DNA of 64,000 nucleotides from Octopus sinensis. Lineage: Eukaryota. How positions within the stretch are numbered: position 1 is the stretch's first letter; the number at the start of each line of letters is the position of its first letter. The stretch covers positions 62,868,001-62,932,000 of the forward strand of contig NC_043006.1 of assembly GCF_006345805.1 (NCBI RefSeq). The letters run 5' to 3'. Position numbers and translations under genes: made by a program. Shown one piece after another: positions 25,900 through 41,036 of the stretch. The notes under the pieces were generated by a model. That model ran no database searches. It was given only the letters and a program-made list of their open reading frames with translations, and was not told the DNA's origin.

Positions 25900-27200
25900 C
25901 ACACACATGCGCACGCGTGCGCACATCAAACAAGCCATAAATAACGGTCATTACGTATCTCTCACTGATAACCCAGTTTTATATATATTAAGTAGGCTGT
26001 TCTTCAGGCAGTTCAATTATTATCGATTTGATGTTTGCAATTCTTATTTCAATGACCGTACTCGTCACATTGTTCGTCAGATATGCCTTATTTTTATGAC
26101 TGGCTTCTGATGTTTATGTGTCTGCTAGTGTGTCTTTTTGTGCTTCTATTAGTATATGCTTATCTGGAAATTCTGGGATGTCATAAATGAATGAATGAAA
26201 TGGGTTTATATAATAGATGACGGTGCAATGGCCACACTAGCCCCACTCTAGTGAAGTACCAGTTAACTACTTTTTTTTAAACCAATGTTTATCAAATTAA
26301 AATTAGCTTAATACCTCAAATACGGTCTCAATTGTTCAAATATCATATTTCAGCTCCAGCCCTGGCGGTTCCGAGTGATCGCCAAAGACTGCTTTTAATT
26401 TTGTGTAATTATTTAATTTACACCTCATGTCCGGTACTCGCAAATCTTCCTCCTCTTTAACTCTTATTATCGACTTAATTTTTGCATGTTTCTTTTTAAA
26501 ATGGCCATGCCTGCCCAATAATTCGTCAGATACGCCCTATTTTTATAACTTGCCTATGATGCTTGTGTGTCTGCTTGTGTGTCTGCTTGTGTACGCTTAT
26601 CTGGAGATTCTGGGATGTCTGAGGTTTTCTTGGGTGTTTGTGGTCGTGTGGTAGACTGTGTGGGTGCTTGTATACTACTTCTTTTTCTTCTTGTTTGTTT
26701 TTTTCGGTGGGGAATTTTCAAAGTCCTTCCGCTTCCTATTTTGTACTTCCTGAAAACTCTCGTTTCTGCTTTCCATATTTGCTTCTCCCGTAATTTCTTC
26801 TCTGTTGTTGTTTTCTTCTTGCTTTTCCTCTGTTGGTGTCTCACTGTTAAAAAGGGGGCAGCTCGCCTTTATGTGCCCCTCTTTCTGCAGTGGTAGCAGG
26901 TGAGAGGTTTTTCCTCCACCTCCACTCGCAGCTTCCCTTCTTCATTTCTTCAACAATTTCTTGTAAGTCCAGTGAGGTTGTCTGGATTATGACTTCCAGC
27001 CATATCCCTATAAGTTCAATTGCCTTGTCCGACTTACCTGCTGCACTTCTGGGTCTTCGTTTGTTCTTATTAAGATTGCTGCAAGCAGCCACATCACCAC
27101 CATTTCTTCATTTTTCTTTCTTCTTACATCTCCCGGTAGCGGAGATCAATTTTAGTCGTGATTCCCCTCTTTGAATTAATTCGTTGCTGCTTTTTAATAT
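25900..27200 (-). mobile_element. Decayed Penelope/Poseidon-like element, 5' ORF region with an internal ~110-bp duplication
   Basis: Minus-strand ORFs 26847-27092 and 26336-26518 resemble the pre-RT region; duplicated segments at about 26070-26185 and 26520-26625. Confidence 0.4.
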
Positions 27201-27616
27201 TTTTAATATTTTTTTAATATTTCAAAGTCTACAGGTACTTCCTTTACTTCAGGCTGCTTAACAGTGGCTGTTATGTTCTCACGTTACATTTTTGTAGTAA
27301 AGATTTAGTTTTCTATTGTTAAAGGAAAATTAATCCTAAATAAGTTAGGAGAAACCGAAAAGTCAAATTTAATAATTCTGTTATTGAATATTCAAGCATA
27401 TCTAGATTTACCAAATTTTGATATAATAATAGAACGAATAAACTTTATAAATTTGACTTCAAATGTTTAGCAAAAGGAAATATAATCCAAATTATGTTAT
27501 TATTGTGTTTCTTATTTGTATGGGGGTTATTATTAGATGGGTCACCCATTCGAATAAAATATATAGGTTTCTTTTTACCTCTCGTATTAACACAATCGCT
27601 AACAATGCTATTCTTA

Positions 27617-27637
27617 TTTATTATTATTATATTATTA

Positions 27638-27689
<52 letters not shown>

Positions 27690-27707
27690 GTTATTATTAT
27701 TATTATT
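27617..27707. repeat. (TAT)n microsatellite
   Basis: Read directly from the sequence. Confidence 0.95.
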
Positions 27708-29429
27708 AAGAAAATATTGGATATAATTAGAGTTTGTTATGTAGTTGTGCGAGGGATTTAGAGTATGTGAAGAAATAAGAGATTTTTTTTGTGAAAATAC
27801 TTTGTTTCGTCTTATTATTTCCGGCTATGCTAATGTTTTTCTCGTAATGATTGCCAGTGACATTACAATTGTTTATCTTATTAGGTATTGGTAGAAATAT
27901 GGTTAGTAAAAGTCTTGTTATTTGGTCCATAATTGTTATAATTATTTTCTTTTTTTATGGTGGAGTTATCTTTACAAATATACTTCATAGAGTTGTCGCA
28001 TGCCAGGACGTTCCAAGTCATGATAGTGTTTAGAAATTGCTGTGTGTTATGATTGGAAAAATCATTGTTAAATTTGTACTTAATTTGATATTCATAATCA
28101 GCATTTCTAAGAGCCAGATTGTAATAGGCATGTTTATTAAAAAATTCTTCATTTGAAGATAATGAGTTAATTCTATTTTCAATGTTATAACGTATGTTAT
28201 CAAGAATTTTAGAAGCATTATTGCTCTGCGCATGTATATAAGTGATATTGCTATTAGGTTTATGGTCTGGTTGGTAAGCTGAAGTAGTGAGTTTAAAATT
28301 TGCATATATATATATATATACATATATATATAAGTTTTTACATTTACATGTGAATGCATTTCCACTAGGACTAATGTTGTCTCAGTTTATGTCTGAAAGT
28401 AACTGATTTACACTAAGGTTATGATAAAGTAGGTACCAATTTTCAATATTTCGTGAAGAAAGTACCAATAACAACAGGCTAGTGACAAACCAGTAAACTT
28501 GTATAAGTGTACTTAGACACATTATTTGACTAATGTGTAGATAGAGGGTGGTGTAGGGTGGAAAAGAAACTTCTAAAAGTATTATTACATTAGGTTTTTA
28601 TTGAAAATTCCCATGTTTGTTAATAAATGCAGCTGGAACATTTTCTATTCGCTATAATTCCCGGCAATAAAATGAAGGGAAAAGAAGATAGTACACAGCT
28701 AGCTAGTTAACTACAGCACGATTACTTCATATTCATACCACTTGTTTTGCCTTTAATCCTTGAATACCATTTTCAGAATTATCGATTTAATGAACGCTTT
28801 GGGATTTTATTTTTTATATCTTCATATTTCCATCAAAAATCACGAAACTATTTTAAAAAATAACGAGTATGATTTTTCAAATATCAATTAAGTTAATATA
28901 CGAGATCAGATTTGTTTTGTATGGCTATACATTAAAGTATTTCAAAACTAAAATACATCAGATCTTTTATTATTATTTTTGGTTTAATTATTAGCAATTT
29001 TTATTGAAACTATCGTTATAATCATTATCATCATCAGTCTCATCATCGTAATCGTCATCATATTCATCACCAACATCACCATTGTATTGAGCATTATTAT
29101 ATCAATATTTTTATTCAATAATATTTCTTAACAATTACTCAAATTGGATTGTAAAGCATCAACGCCTTCATTCTCAAGAATATGTTTAATCGAAATTTCA
29201 AAATTGCTTCAGTCCTTAATTCAAGTTAATTATATTGAGTTATACCTCACGTTTTTTTTTTCAATTTTGTGTATATTTTATTTTTAGGAAAACTACTCTT
29301 TGAATTAAGGATTAATGTAACTATTGCTCCATAGACCATATCTTAAAATTTACTTTTACTTCATTGTTTCACATTTCATAATTTCGCTCTAACAGATACA
29401 CATACATACATATATGCATACGTGTGTAA

Positions 29430-30985
29430 ATGAAATAAATATCGGAGATGCTTTACCTCACGTAGACAATGCAAAAGCCACTTAGACGTTCTGCAAGCTC
29501 TTCTGAATTAATGTCTAATTTCCCGTGTCATCGACAGATATCTCGGGATTACAAGTGTTTTGCCTCTTAGCCTCTACGCTTTGTCTGCGGAAGGATTAAA
29601 CCTGCGACTTCTTATTGACCACAGCTATCTTGAACTGGTCTCAGCTACCGTGCCTATCTCCTCGGTGGTCTTCTTCAGTTGTTCGGATTCCAAAGCAATC
29701 TTCTTCATGAAATAGTGCATGGATTCTACCAGAAAGCGGCGGCAACCGACTTCAGTTAAGAATGAGGTCAAGTGCCATCTCTTAGATTTAGCTATTGAGA
29801 AGTGTCGATTTTATCCTTCTAGAACACTTGTTGCAAGACGTCTGGTCTGAGTGATGCTACCGCTACCCACTCTGAGAAAACGTATGTTTTTGGAGTTTAC
29901 TTGAATATCTCAGTCAGAGGCTGAATGCAAAATAGATAATGTGCAAACTGCTGTTGCTTTCGTCTTAGATTCCCTTAGGCATCCGATACTCCTGGGTAGT
30001 GACAACTGCTGCTTGTTAGCTTAACACTTTGCAAGTCCAATTATTTGAAGATTTATGTAACCATTTTGTTCGACTACTTGTATCGACCTTCCATACTACT
30101 AGTTCTTCCATACTACTTTCAGAATCTGTCTTCCTCTTTGCGTCATATTTTAATTTCATTTGTGGTTGGCAAGAGGCCAGTGACAGCATATGAGAGAAAG
30201 AACAACTTTCACTGGTCAGTGTTCCTGAATTCTTTTGCGGACAGTCTACATTCAGAGCATGGTCCTACCGTGTTCATTGTCCTTTGTGGTTAAGCCCGGC
30301 TGTCTTCACACGGTGATCCTCCTCAGTTGAGTCACAGACACTTTGGACTATGTACTGTCTCTTGCTCATGGAATCGGTATTTTGACAGATTACTACAAGC
30401 GCCTGGAAATTAGTGTCGTTTATCTTTCATTTTTTTTTCAGGCATTAAAGGGCAGCTATACTGGGCATTGAATTATTCCACCACTGATGAAATTGTTAGG
30501 CGGTGATTAGAGGACTTGCTATACACATTGACTGAGCTGAAATTTGGAGAAGCGCCCAGCTACCTTCGCAGAATTTACTAACCAGCTACCCCATTGACTT
30601 CCCCTTTGAACCTTCCAATCAAATGACTTTTATGAACTGCCCTCAGTCAGTTGTCTAGTTAGGTCTTGATAGCTTTCGCATTGTCAATATCCTTAAGGGG
30701 GTAATCGTAATTCTGGTTAAGGCAGAATTACGATTCTATTCGTGGGTATTGTTAGTACGTCAGGCCCTTGAACGCTGAAGATGCCGTTAGCTAACATCCT
30801 TTAAGGATATTCAAGCTTCGAGATTTTGCTTCATACGCGATCATATGGCCGTTTTTTCCAGCGGGCTCAATGACCAAAGTGTCCTTTTTCGCTGATAATA
30901 ATTGGCATCCATGAATGCCGTGAACATTGGATACCTTATGTTTTTAATATTTCATGTCCCTTCGACTACTTTCCTCTCATTTATA
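29430..30985 (-). mobile_element. Hero-like RLE non-LTR retrotransposon, 5'-truncated and decayed
   Basis: Minus frames: FTAFMD, AKSRSLNILKG, FSSVNVYSKSS and C-terminal EVGCRRFLVESMHYFMKKIAL...IGTVAETSSR*LW. Confidence 0.75.
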
Positions 30986-30989
30986 GTAA

Positions 30990-33600
30990 TAGGTTAATGA
31001 GCACTAGCGATTCACTACAAGTGAACTAAGGTAACACCCCTTATTTTTCGAGCACCATCCGGAGTATTCGAGCGGTTCCAAGCGGTTCTCTTATATTCTT
31101 TCTGGGCTAGTGGAGTACATTGGCTGGTAATATGCCATACGGTTTCACCATTTTGTCCACAGATTCTGCGCTTATCACTTTCTGGTGTGTTGTCTAGTGG
31201 TTCTGTGGAATTTTTTACATACCATGGTATACTGTTTTTTCTGCTCTAATGCTGTGTTCTCGCATCCAATCCGTGCTCTTACCCCTCTTTTTCTTGGTAC
31301 ATACAGTCTGTCAGTGTCACTTTGAGTGGAATATCCCATATTTAGTCAGCAACTTCCTTCTCTTTCTGTCTAAGCTGTTTAGTTCGTCTACTGTTCATGC
31401 AATTACCCATGCCCCATATTTAAGTAGTGAAACTAACCAGATGTTGATAGCTAAAACCTTTGTCCGTTTAATTTCGACTTAAGAAACATATTCATTTGGC
31501 ATAAGTACTGCACCTTAAATTTTTCTGTCATTTCTTTCTCCATCAATTTATCCATTTCCAATATCCTCATGTACTTATAGCCCGTCTCTTCTATCTGCTT
31601 CATAACTTCCCCTGACCTTATCGCTAGCCCGTCCAAATATTTGATTTTACCTCTCTTCAAAACTAACACACAACACGTTTTCAGTTTGAACTCCATTCTT
31701 ATATCAGCACTGAAGGTATACACCGTATCAACGAGGGAACTTAATAACAAGTTGTTGATTTTTTGTTGGCGGCTTTCGAATATATACCCATCCTTTGCTT
31801 TCCTCAGAATCAGAGTTAGTGGTACAAAGATCAGTAGGGACAGGCAGTCCCCTTGGAAGATGCCTCTCCTGATTTCTGTCGTCCCTATACTTCTTTCGTA
31901 TGCTGTCAGTTCCATCCTCCACTTGACCATACTTTTCCTAAGCAATCGCTCAACATTCGATGCAATACCAAATAGGTTCATACGTTCCATAATCCAAGAA
32001 CGTGGGATCATATTGTACGCCTTACGATAATCGATCCATGATACTTCTAAATAGTTTTCGTGCTCTTGCAGTTTCTAAGTACAGTTTTGTCTACCAAGAG
32101 TTGATCATTGGTACCCCTGCATTTACGCTTGCACCTCTTCTGCTCATGTAGCAGGACTCCATTTTTTACCAGATGTTCATACATTGACTCTGAGACTATT
32201 CTAGTGAATAATTTCCACATAAGTGGCAAGCAGGATATCGGCCTGTAATTATTTACCGTATTGCCTTTTTCGATATTTCTGAAACGCACAGTACTGCCCA
32301 ACCCATTGTCAACCACTCTGGTGTTACTTGGTGTTGAGTTTCGCAGCTATTTGTGCATGACATTCCCCAGAACTTTTGATCTAGTAGCCTTGGATTCTAT
32401 GTGGTCCCGGGGCCTTCCAGTTGCCCATTTGTCTGCTGATTTCTTTCACTTTCTTAACTGAAATGACCAGTTATGCCTGTTTTGAACAGACTATTGTTTG
32501 TTTCAGTTCTTGCAATCATTCAACATCCTTCTTGTGTTCCTTGTTTCGCTGCAGATGTCACTCACAATGTTGCAATGTTCTCAGGTATCAGCTTTTCATC
32601 TGTACACTCTGCATTTATTTCTTTGTAGACTCTCTTCTGATCTGCCCTGAATAACCTATTCTGCTGGTCACCCTGCATTGTTTGGTTGTATCTTACCATC
32701 TTTGCAACGAAATACTGTTTCAGTTCCCCCATTACCTCATTCAGGCCCTTTCTTTCAATATCATATTTCCTGTTCAGGGGCCTGTAATTTTGTTCGCTTT
32801 TAAGCCCCTGCTCTTCTCTTTTCGATCTTACACAGAAATGTCTTTCGAGAGCATATCTACCCCCACTCGTACTCTTCTTTTCCACTATGGATTTTTTCTT
32901 TTGTCACTCCCATTATATTTCTTTTTCTTGACATCAACACCCACATTCTCTGCAACAAGAATACTTGCTGAATTGATCAAGTTATTTGTTTCTGTGATGT
33001 TTTTTGTTCTGATGTATTTCAGAATGACATTCACATTTTTCGTTCCTTGGTTCAATTTCCAACGATTAACCTTTTTAAGGTTGAAAATAATGTCCCTATC
33101 GCTCTCCTATAGTATTGCCTCTATTCTGTCGTAGCTTGCCTTTTGCCCTTCTGTCATGTCACCATTCGTTTTATTGTTTTCGTCCAAACCATCTCTCATC
33201 TAGCAAGCTATCATTGATCCTTTTCTGTGGTTTATTAGAGATTTCATCTCTGTTTTCTGCTATGAGATTACTTTTGTCAATAGGGACTTATTTTCATAGC
33301 CTCCTCTGCTGCTGTTTTCCAATACTCGTCTTTTGATAGCTCCGAGCTCTACTTCTGTGAACCAACGATTTTTCCTTATTGCTCTAGATTGATCAAATAA
33401 TATTTGTTCCGCGAGTTGAAACAATCTTCTTTCTCTCCATTGAACATACATACGTTGTCGGTCTCCCCTAAGATGAACAGTATTTTCGTCTACGCTGTTG
33501 CTCAGGTAGTAACACACCATGAAAACAGCATTGACTTGTTTATTCCATCTACGCCATGCATGCTGGTCCCTTATTGGATAATGACAGGCTGGAGTAGGAC
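30990..33600 (-). mobile_element. Dong/R4-like RLE non-LTR retrotransposon with both ORF ends but several internal deletions
   Basis: N-terminal DQSRAIRKNRWFTEVEL; [37 protein letters not shown]; Zn knuckle RICGQNGETVWHITSQC; C-terminal LGTARILRMVLEK* (stop at 31041-31043). Confidence 0.9.
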
Positions 33601-33719
33601 CAGTATCTCAGAGCCTGCCGGTTGTAATACTGTCACCATCAAGGGCTTCAGTTTCATTACCATCATTATTCTCAATATTTTGTTTTTCTTTATTGTCACT
33701 CATTAATTAAAATCATAGG

Positions 33720-33984
33720 GTAGCAAGAATATTCATCGAAAAATTCTTAGTTACCAGTGGTCTAGCGAGAAAGAAAAAATTAGTCAATAGACTATATATT
33801 ATTCAAAGAAGAATACAGTGTACGTTCAAACACAAAGAATAGTATATCTGACTCGCTAGAAATAGCAGTTAAAACTCCAAGCCACCAATTGTTGTAATTC
33901 CGAAAGTGATTGGAAAAAAAACCTTTTACCTTAATCCTAGACCCTGCAAGGTTTCTGCAGACTTAAATACAGCGAGTCAGATAT

Positions 33985-33990
<6 letters not shown>
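33720..33990 (+). repeat. Short interspersed repeat with a 14-bp inverted repeat (33844-33857/33971-33984); related segment at about 61475-61590
   Basis: tagtcaatagactatatattattca shared by both loci; atatctgactcgct/agcgagtcagatat. Confidence 0.6.
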
Positions 33991-34021
<31 letters not shown>

Positions 34022-34136
34022 TCATATTCATATCGTTGAATTTTTGAATTTCTGAATTTTTTTTAATATTTAAATTCTTTTTATAAGCCTTCCTGTAGTT
34101 TACAGTTTTTGTATTTGTGCAATGTGTATATATTTT

Positions 34137-34540
34137 TTTCAAAGATTTTGGGGGAAAATTTTCGAAAAATTTTTGCAAAATTTTTGAAAATTTCTTCAGA
34201 AATTTTTCAAAAGTTTTTTGAAAATTTTCCCCAGAAATTTTTGAAAAATTTTTCGAAAATTTTCCACAGAAATTTTTGAAAACTTTTTGAAAATTTTCCA
34301 CAAAATTTTTTTTTAATTTTTTGAAATTTTTCCAAAATTTTTCAAAAATATTTTGAAAATTTTCCACAAAAATTTTTAAAAAATTTATCGAAAATTTTCT
34401 CCAAAACTTTTTCAAAAATTTCTTGAATTTTCTCCAAAAATTTTTGAAAACTTTTTCGAAAATTTTTCCGAAGATTATTGAAAAAATTTTTGAAAATTTT
34501 TCCCAGAAATTTAAAAAAAAGTTTTCGAAAAGTTTCACCA
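34137..34540. repeat. Degenerate A/T-tract minisatellite of quasi-palindromic units (GAAAATTTTC-like)
   Basis: Read directly from the sequence; produces the spurious F/K-rich ORF 33963-34541. Confidence 0.85.
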
Positions 34541-37500
34541 AAACTTATAGTCTAAACCAAGGCTTTTAGCATTCTCAGTCGTGACGGAACTTGGTTTCTG
34601 GACAAATTCATCAGCATGGTGCGACCGTTTCACGACTGATGCCCGCTCGAGCACTGAACAACAGTTTCTCTCGATGCAATTTTTGCTGCAGTATGTCCCA
34701 ACGAATCATAAGTTCATTTTTCATTATTTGAAATTGTTTCAGTAAAAATGTGTATTATGCGAAACTGAAATTTATTAATTACGAAAACAGATCGCTTAAT
34801 ACCACACTTTATTAATATATTTTATGGATGCATATTTTAATGGCACAAACAAACCGTAACATACATATATGTGTATGTATGCATACATTATTAAGCTTAT
34901 GTACATGCTTATTTATACCTATACATATATATATATATATATATATAAATACATGCATTTATATATACAAGTTTATATATATATATTTACATAAATTTTA
35001 TATACCTATATATATATATTCATATAAACATGCATATATGCATGAATGTATGTATGTATGTATGTATATGCGTGTATGTATATGGTTGATGTTATTCTAA
35101 GCCGTCTGTGCTACTCTTTGTGCTTGTGCAATCATATTCACTTTGATTTTGCTATCTATGCATATATGCATTGCATAAACGACATTAATATTCTAGTGTT
35201 AACACTGCCTCCATATGCTACAGAAATCTATCACCAAGCTCCCTGAAAAATGATGAGATATTATGTAAATGTTTAATGACAGCTGAGACACATTTCATCG
35301 TTAATAAAATCGAACCAATGAAGATATCATCCTTTTCATCACTTCATATAGTAAGTAAATTTGGTAATTATTCTAATTATAGTATCAGTGTTCAATTTAT
35401 CAGCTTGTATCATCTGAAGTCTTATAAATTCTATAACAGAATTCAAGAAAGATGACGTAATTTAAGAGTTGATTGTAAATATTGACATCAAATGGCAATA
35501 ATTTAAGTTAGTGAAATGACAGTGTGAGGTGAGTTGGTAGAGTCAACAGAGAGATGTGCTTAGGCGTCACTGTATTTCTTCAACTATTTGTATTTTCTCA
35601 GCTGATTCTGCTTGGTATTATTTAAACCTTCAGGTTTAAAAAAATTAAATATCAGGCAATTTCATCGACTATGCCTATTCTTCACCTGGAATGAATGTTA
35701 AAAATTATTTTGTAATAATATGTCATATGTAAATAGCATTAATTATATAGTCATGTCCCTCACTGAACGGTATGATAGTCTGTTACATAATTTTTAGCGG
35801 CGAGAGTTCTTGTGAAAATATGATCAAGATTAAGCTTTCTTCAAAGTAAACACGAAATCGGTTTTAAAGATAAGCTATCACAGTTATAAGAGATTATAAG
35901 ATCAACAACAGTTTCTCTTTTCACTGAATGTATCGCGCATCAAAATTGATTTTGTTTGTTGATAAATATCTTTAAAAGTAAAATTAGATACCGCGAGGTT
36001 TACAGATTTTCTAACTGTATAATAAGTGTTGTATTTTTGTCGCATACTTAGGAGGAAAGCAATGTCTATGATTCATTATAGGGCCTCCGAGATCGGGGAA
36101 GCTAGGGAAATATGGAGGTAAGTAATCCTAAATCGGAGACTTGACCCGTATATTTGTACCACATTGTTTTACGCTAAAGGCATCCATGGACCAGGTGATG
36201 CTGTCTCTTCTTGTCTAAGTCCTTAACGAGTTCACTTGAGAAAAAGAAAATATTTCTCCTACGTTTAATTGTAAAATATGTATTCAAATAATGGACTGAA
36301 ACATAGAATTTTAGCAGCTTGGAACATATTCATACGTTGATATTGATCTAGATTTAGCCGCTGGTTGGTCTTAAATCTGCAGGTTTTTGATCAAACGTAT
36401 TGCAGCCGCGACAGATCCGTCCTTTTGTATGTTTAGAACTGCCTCGAACAATTGGTGCTTTCTCAAAAATGATGACATATTTTCAATTGAGGAACATTTT
36501 GTTTCTATTTCTAGTAGATTGAGAGGCGGCCGAGTACAGACTCTTACACCCATAAGAATACGATTTTATCAATATCACAAAATAAATGTTTCTTTCAGTT
36601 TCGCTATCAACCAAGTAGAAGCGCCAATTCTCGTTTCCTAATGAAAAGGCAAATAATTTGGAGTTTGGCAGGCATCATGAAGTGCGGACTGATTTCAAAT
36701 CTGAACTTCAGTAACTTGAAATTAGTTTCACGCTAATGTGAGAGGCGATACGGATGGCATGAGTGAGCTTGTGTGTCAGGGGTATACAGATATCTAATTT
36801 TGAAGCTCAGAGACAATTTTAAAGGCAACTGAATAAGTAGAAAGAAGAAATATCTCGATCATGAGTTAGTGGTTCAAGCCTTTTAAGTGTTGGGTATTTG
36901 CCAACTAAGTAGTACTTTTTTCTTATTCGGTTGTAGGAAAACCGTGCCATACACCTATGAAATATATGAACATGGCTGTTCTTTATTTCCTATCGCTTTA
37001 AAATCTTTCGTGAGATGTGTATATAGAACAGCAGAGAGATTTTTAAGTGGCTAAGTCAAAGACTATTGCCACTGATGCCCAGTTCATCTAGCTCTATATT
37101 GTTACGATATGAACTTAATTTGCCAATTGAAAGAATTCAGTTTTATCCACAGTTTTAGAGTTGGCAATACACAGCTACTTCTGTTCCCCGCAAGAAATTT
37201 TGAAAGAACGGTGATCATCTCTAATTGAATCCTTCATCATCACCGTCGAGTTTATTAAAATTTCTCGTAATCAAACCTGGAATAAATTATCATATTTTCC
37301 ATAGAAATCGTGAGAGATATTATATCTTGTTTGGTTACGTAGATTTATGTTCTGAATTCAAATTATCCTGCAGTTGACATCATTGCCATTCACACTTCCT
37401 GATGTGGAAACGATAAATAACGTTAACTCGATCAGTTTGATCTTTACAATTATACCCCTTCCTTAATAATTTGTGCCTCTACTAAAGTTAGAAATCAATA

Positions 37501-39691
37501 CGGTATGCTGTATTAGTTTAACACAAGCCTCGCAGACAAAAATCCTCTTGTGACACTTCGAAAGAAAATATCAGTTTAATAACTTCCCCATTCTCAAAAT
37601 AAAATTTACAGACTGCTTAGTATTTAAGAATTTTTTAATCAATTTTTAGCTGAATTTTATTATTTGTTGATGAGACAGCATGTTTCAGAATGAAGAATCG
37701 ATGTTTTAAATATGATATTCATAAAGTGTTAAGCAGAATGTTAAATTATAGACTTGTTTCCTATGTTCTCAGTCAATCGTCTTGATAGTGTACATTCAAT
37801 TTATATTCTGTATGCTGCAACGAAGATATTTAACCATTTATTAAATATCTCCTTTAAACCAAAGCATACCACTTCCTTATTTATTGGTTTTATTAGAAAG
37901 AAATATTTCCGACAATTTATATATTTATATGTACACTTGCTGCTGTTCTATTTGCTTTCATCCTTAATGTAGAAGATAATCTAACTGAATTATATCCACA
38001 AGAGCTGAGATATGTAATATACGGAGGTGTGGAGGATCAGAAAATATAATTTCTTCTAAGTTTTGTTTACAGTGGTGCTTTCTTTTGTTTTTAACTGAGC
38101 CAATTGAAGATCGATGATGGAAGAACTGTTTAAATAAACTTTGATTCTTCATCGCATTTTACCAAGCCGTACTTAAATTAAAATATATGTGTCTGTTCAT
38201 TCATGCTACATGAACTATAATATAGTTTATTACGACAGCCATAATAAACAAATAATGGCCGATTACTTGCAAAAATCTGTCTCGTTGAAAGCCGAAAATA
38301 TTTTATTAAAAGTTGAAATAATAATATCACTTTCCGTAAAGTTATTAAAGGAAAAAAAATCAGTGTTATTTCATATTAAATTATAATTATCTGTTATTCG
38401 TTTTTATTTCTTAAATAAATATCCTTTCTTCAAAGCATCGAAGTTTGTTTTATATTTACCAAAACTCCTAGAAAGATATGTTTTTCGAATGTTTAAATAT
38501 ATTTGTTTATAAAGTTTCCTTTCGATATTGACATTTCAAAGAACTTAATGTAAACTCTAACTAACATTAATATTATATCTTTGGAAAAATGGTCATTTAA
38601 ATATTACAGACTATTCGGTAGAATATAACTTTATCACTTAAGCATTTCAAATATTCTGCTATTGTGAAAGAACAAACGTGAATTGTGAACTGAGTAATTA
38701 TCATTCAGTGGTTTTATTTAGAAGTAACTTGAACTAAACAGATTACCAGAGACACAGCTAATCGAATCAATAGAGTTCTGGACAGCAGACAGAAGAATCA
38801 ATGGTTTTAACCACCACTTGCATCATTACAGCATCGTTTCCTTATAAACAAATAGCTGTTATGAGAAGATAGAATTCAATTCACTATTCTAAGCAACGTA
38901 ATCACTGACTCATGAACGAGTGTTTCTGTATATATCACCAAGGGCACATTATTCCCACTATAGTCGGAAAGTGTAGCGCGGAAAAAAACTATAAATATCG
39001 TATCATCTCTCGTTTTACCTCAAGTGCATTCTAATAATAAATTTCGTAATTTTATATGTAGTTTCAAAAGGATAATCAATGTATTCTTTGTTCCCGAAAG
39101 GCGAAAACACTGTATGAAATTTATGGAATCCAGTTACTAATATTTCATATGCGTGCAATAAATAGCATTATGCACACATAATGCATATGCATACACACAC
39201 ACATACACACACACGCATATATATATGTATATATATATACGCAACGTTTGTGTGCGTGTGTACGTCTGTGTGCGCATGGGTGTGTATGTATGTGTATACA
39301 TACACATATGCATACATACATATATTTTTTATATATGTAGGCGTGTTAAGATTTACAGGCGAGAGAAAAAGTGGTCAATATAATGATTAAATTCATTTAT
39401 TCAGAATTTAGCATTAAATGTATTTTCATTCTGAGCGCCCCCGTTTTGTTCGATGAATAGACTGGGGCGACATATAACTCTCAGGATATTGGAAATATGC
39501 AAGTTAAGATTGATAAAGCATTAGGTACTCAGGGTTAATTTATCCCTACATTTCTATTTTATTGGTGTTGTGAGTTTTGTTGGTGACTGAAACTGTTAGA
39601 TTCGAGTGTTATTTTTATAGTTGTATCCACCTTGTTCGAACACGTATTTGATTATACAAGGTCTTATAATGTTTTATCATCGTCATTGTAA

Positions 39692-39845
<154 letters not shown>

Positions 39846-39846
39846 C

Positions 39847-40230
39847 AGTGGAGGCGCAATGGCCCAGTGGTTAGGGCAGAGGACTCGCGGTCGTAGGATC
39901 GCGGTTTCGATTCCCAGACCGCGCGTTGTGAGTGTTTATTGAGCGAAAACACCTAAAGCTCCACGAGGCTCCGGCGGGGATGGTGGTGATCCCTGCTGTA
40001 CTCTTTCACCACAACTTTCTCTCACTCTTACTTCCTGTTTCTGTTGTACCTGTATTTCAAAGGGCCGGCCTTGTCACTCTGTGTGTCACGCTCAATATCC
40101 CCGAGAACTACGTTAAGGGTACACGTGTCTGTGGAGTGCTCAGCCACTTACACGTTAATTTCACGAGCAGGCTGTTCCGTTGATCGGATCGACCGGAACC
40201 CTGGTCGTCGTAACCGACGGAGTGCTTCCA
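39847..40230 (+). mobile_element. Full-length tRNA-derived SINE
   Basis: A-box tggcccagtgg, B-box-like ggtttcgattcc; head shared with the 6257-6555 copy, different tail. Confidence 0.9.
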
Positions 40231-40476
40231 CACAGAAAAAAATTATTATTATGAATAGAAGTATTTGTAACTGAAGGTATGTAACAGTGCAGTGTGTGCG
40301 TGTGTGTGTGTGTTGAACCGTTTATCCCTTCACATCTTTTCTATCTCCGTTTTGTTCCTTCTCTCGCCATTTCTTTCCTCTCAACACTTTTTGTAGAAGA
40401 GCTTGAGCTCGAAGCATCAAAACCTTTTGCATTCTTCCCGAACATCAAAATAGTACACGTTTGTATTGTTCACTTA

Positions 40477-40533
<57 letters not shown>

Positions 40534-40600
40534 GAAATTATTGGTGTATGTGTGTATATATACATGTGAGTGTATTTGTAATCTCATTGTATATTTATTT

Positions 40601-41036
<436 letters not shown>

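Noticed and set aside
33963-34541. 192-aa F/K-rich ORF
   Set aside because: By-product of the A/T-tract array
34585-34660. HHR-like GAAACGGTC and CTGATGA motifs on the minus strand
   Set aside because: Core and stem II do not assemble into a hammerhead
39847-39920. tRNA gene
   Set aside because: tRNA-like boxes continue into a SINE body found elsewhere in the window; no complete cloverleaf
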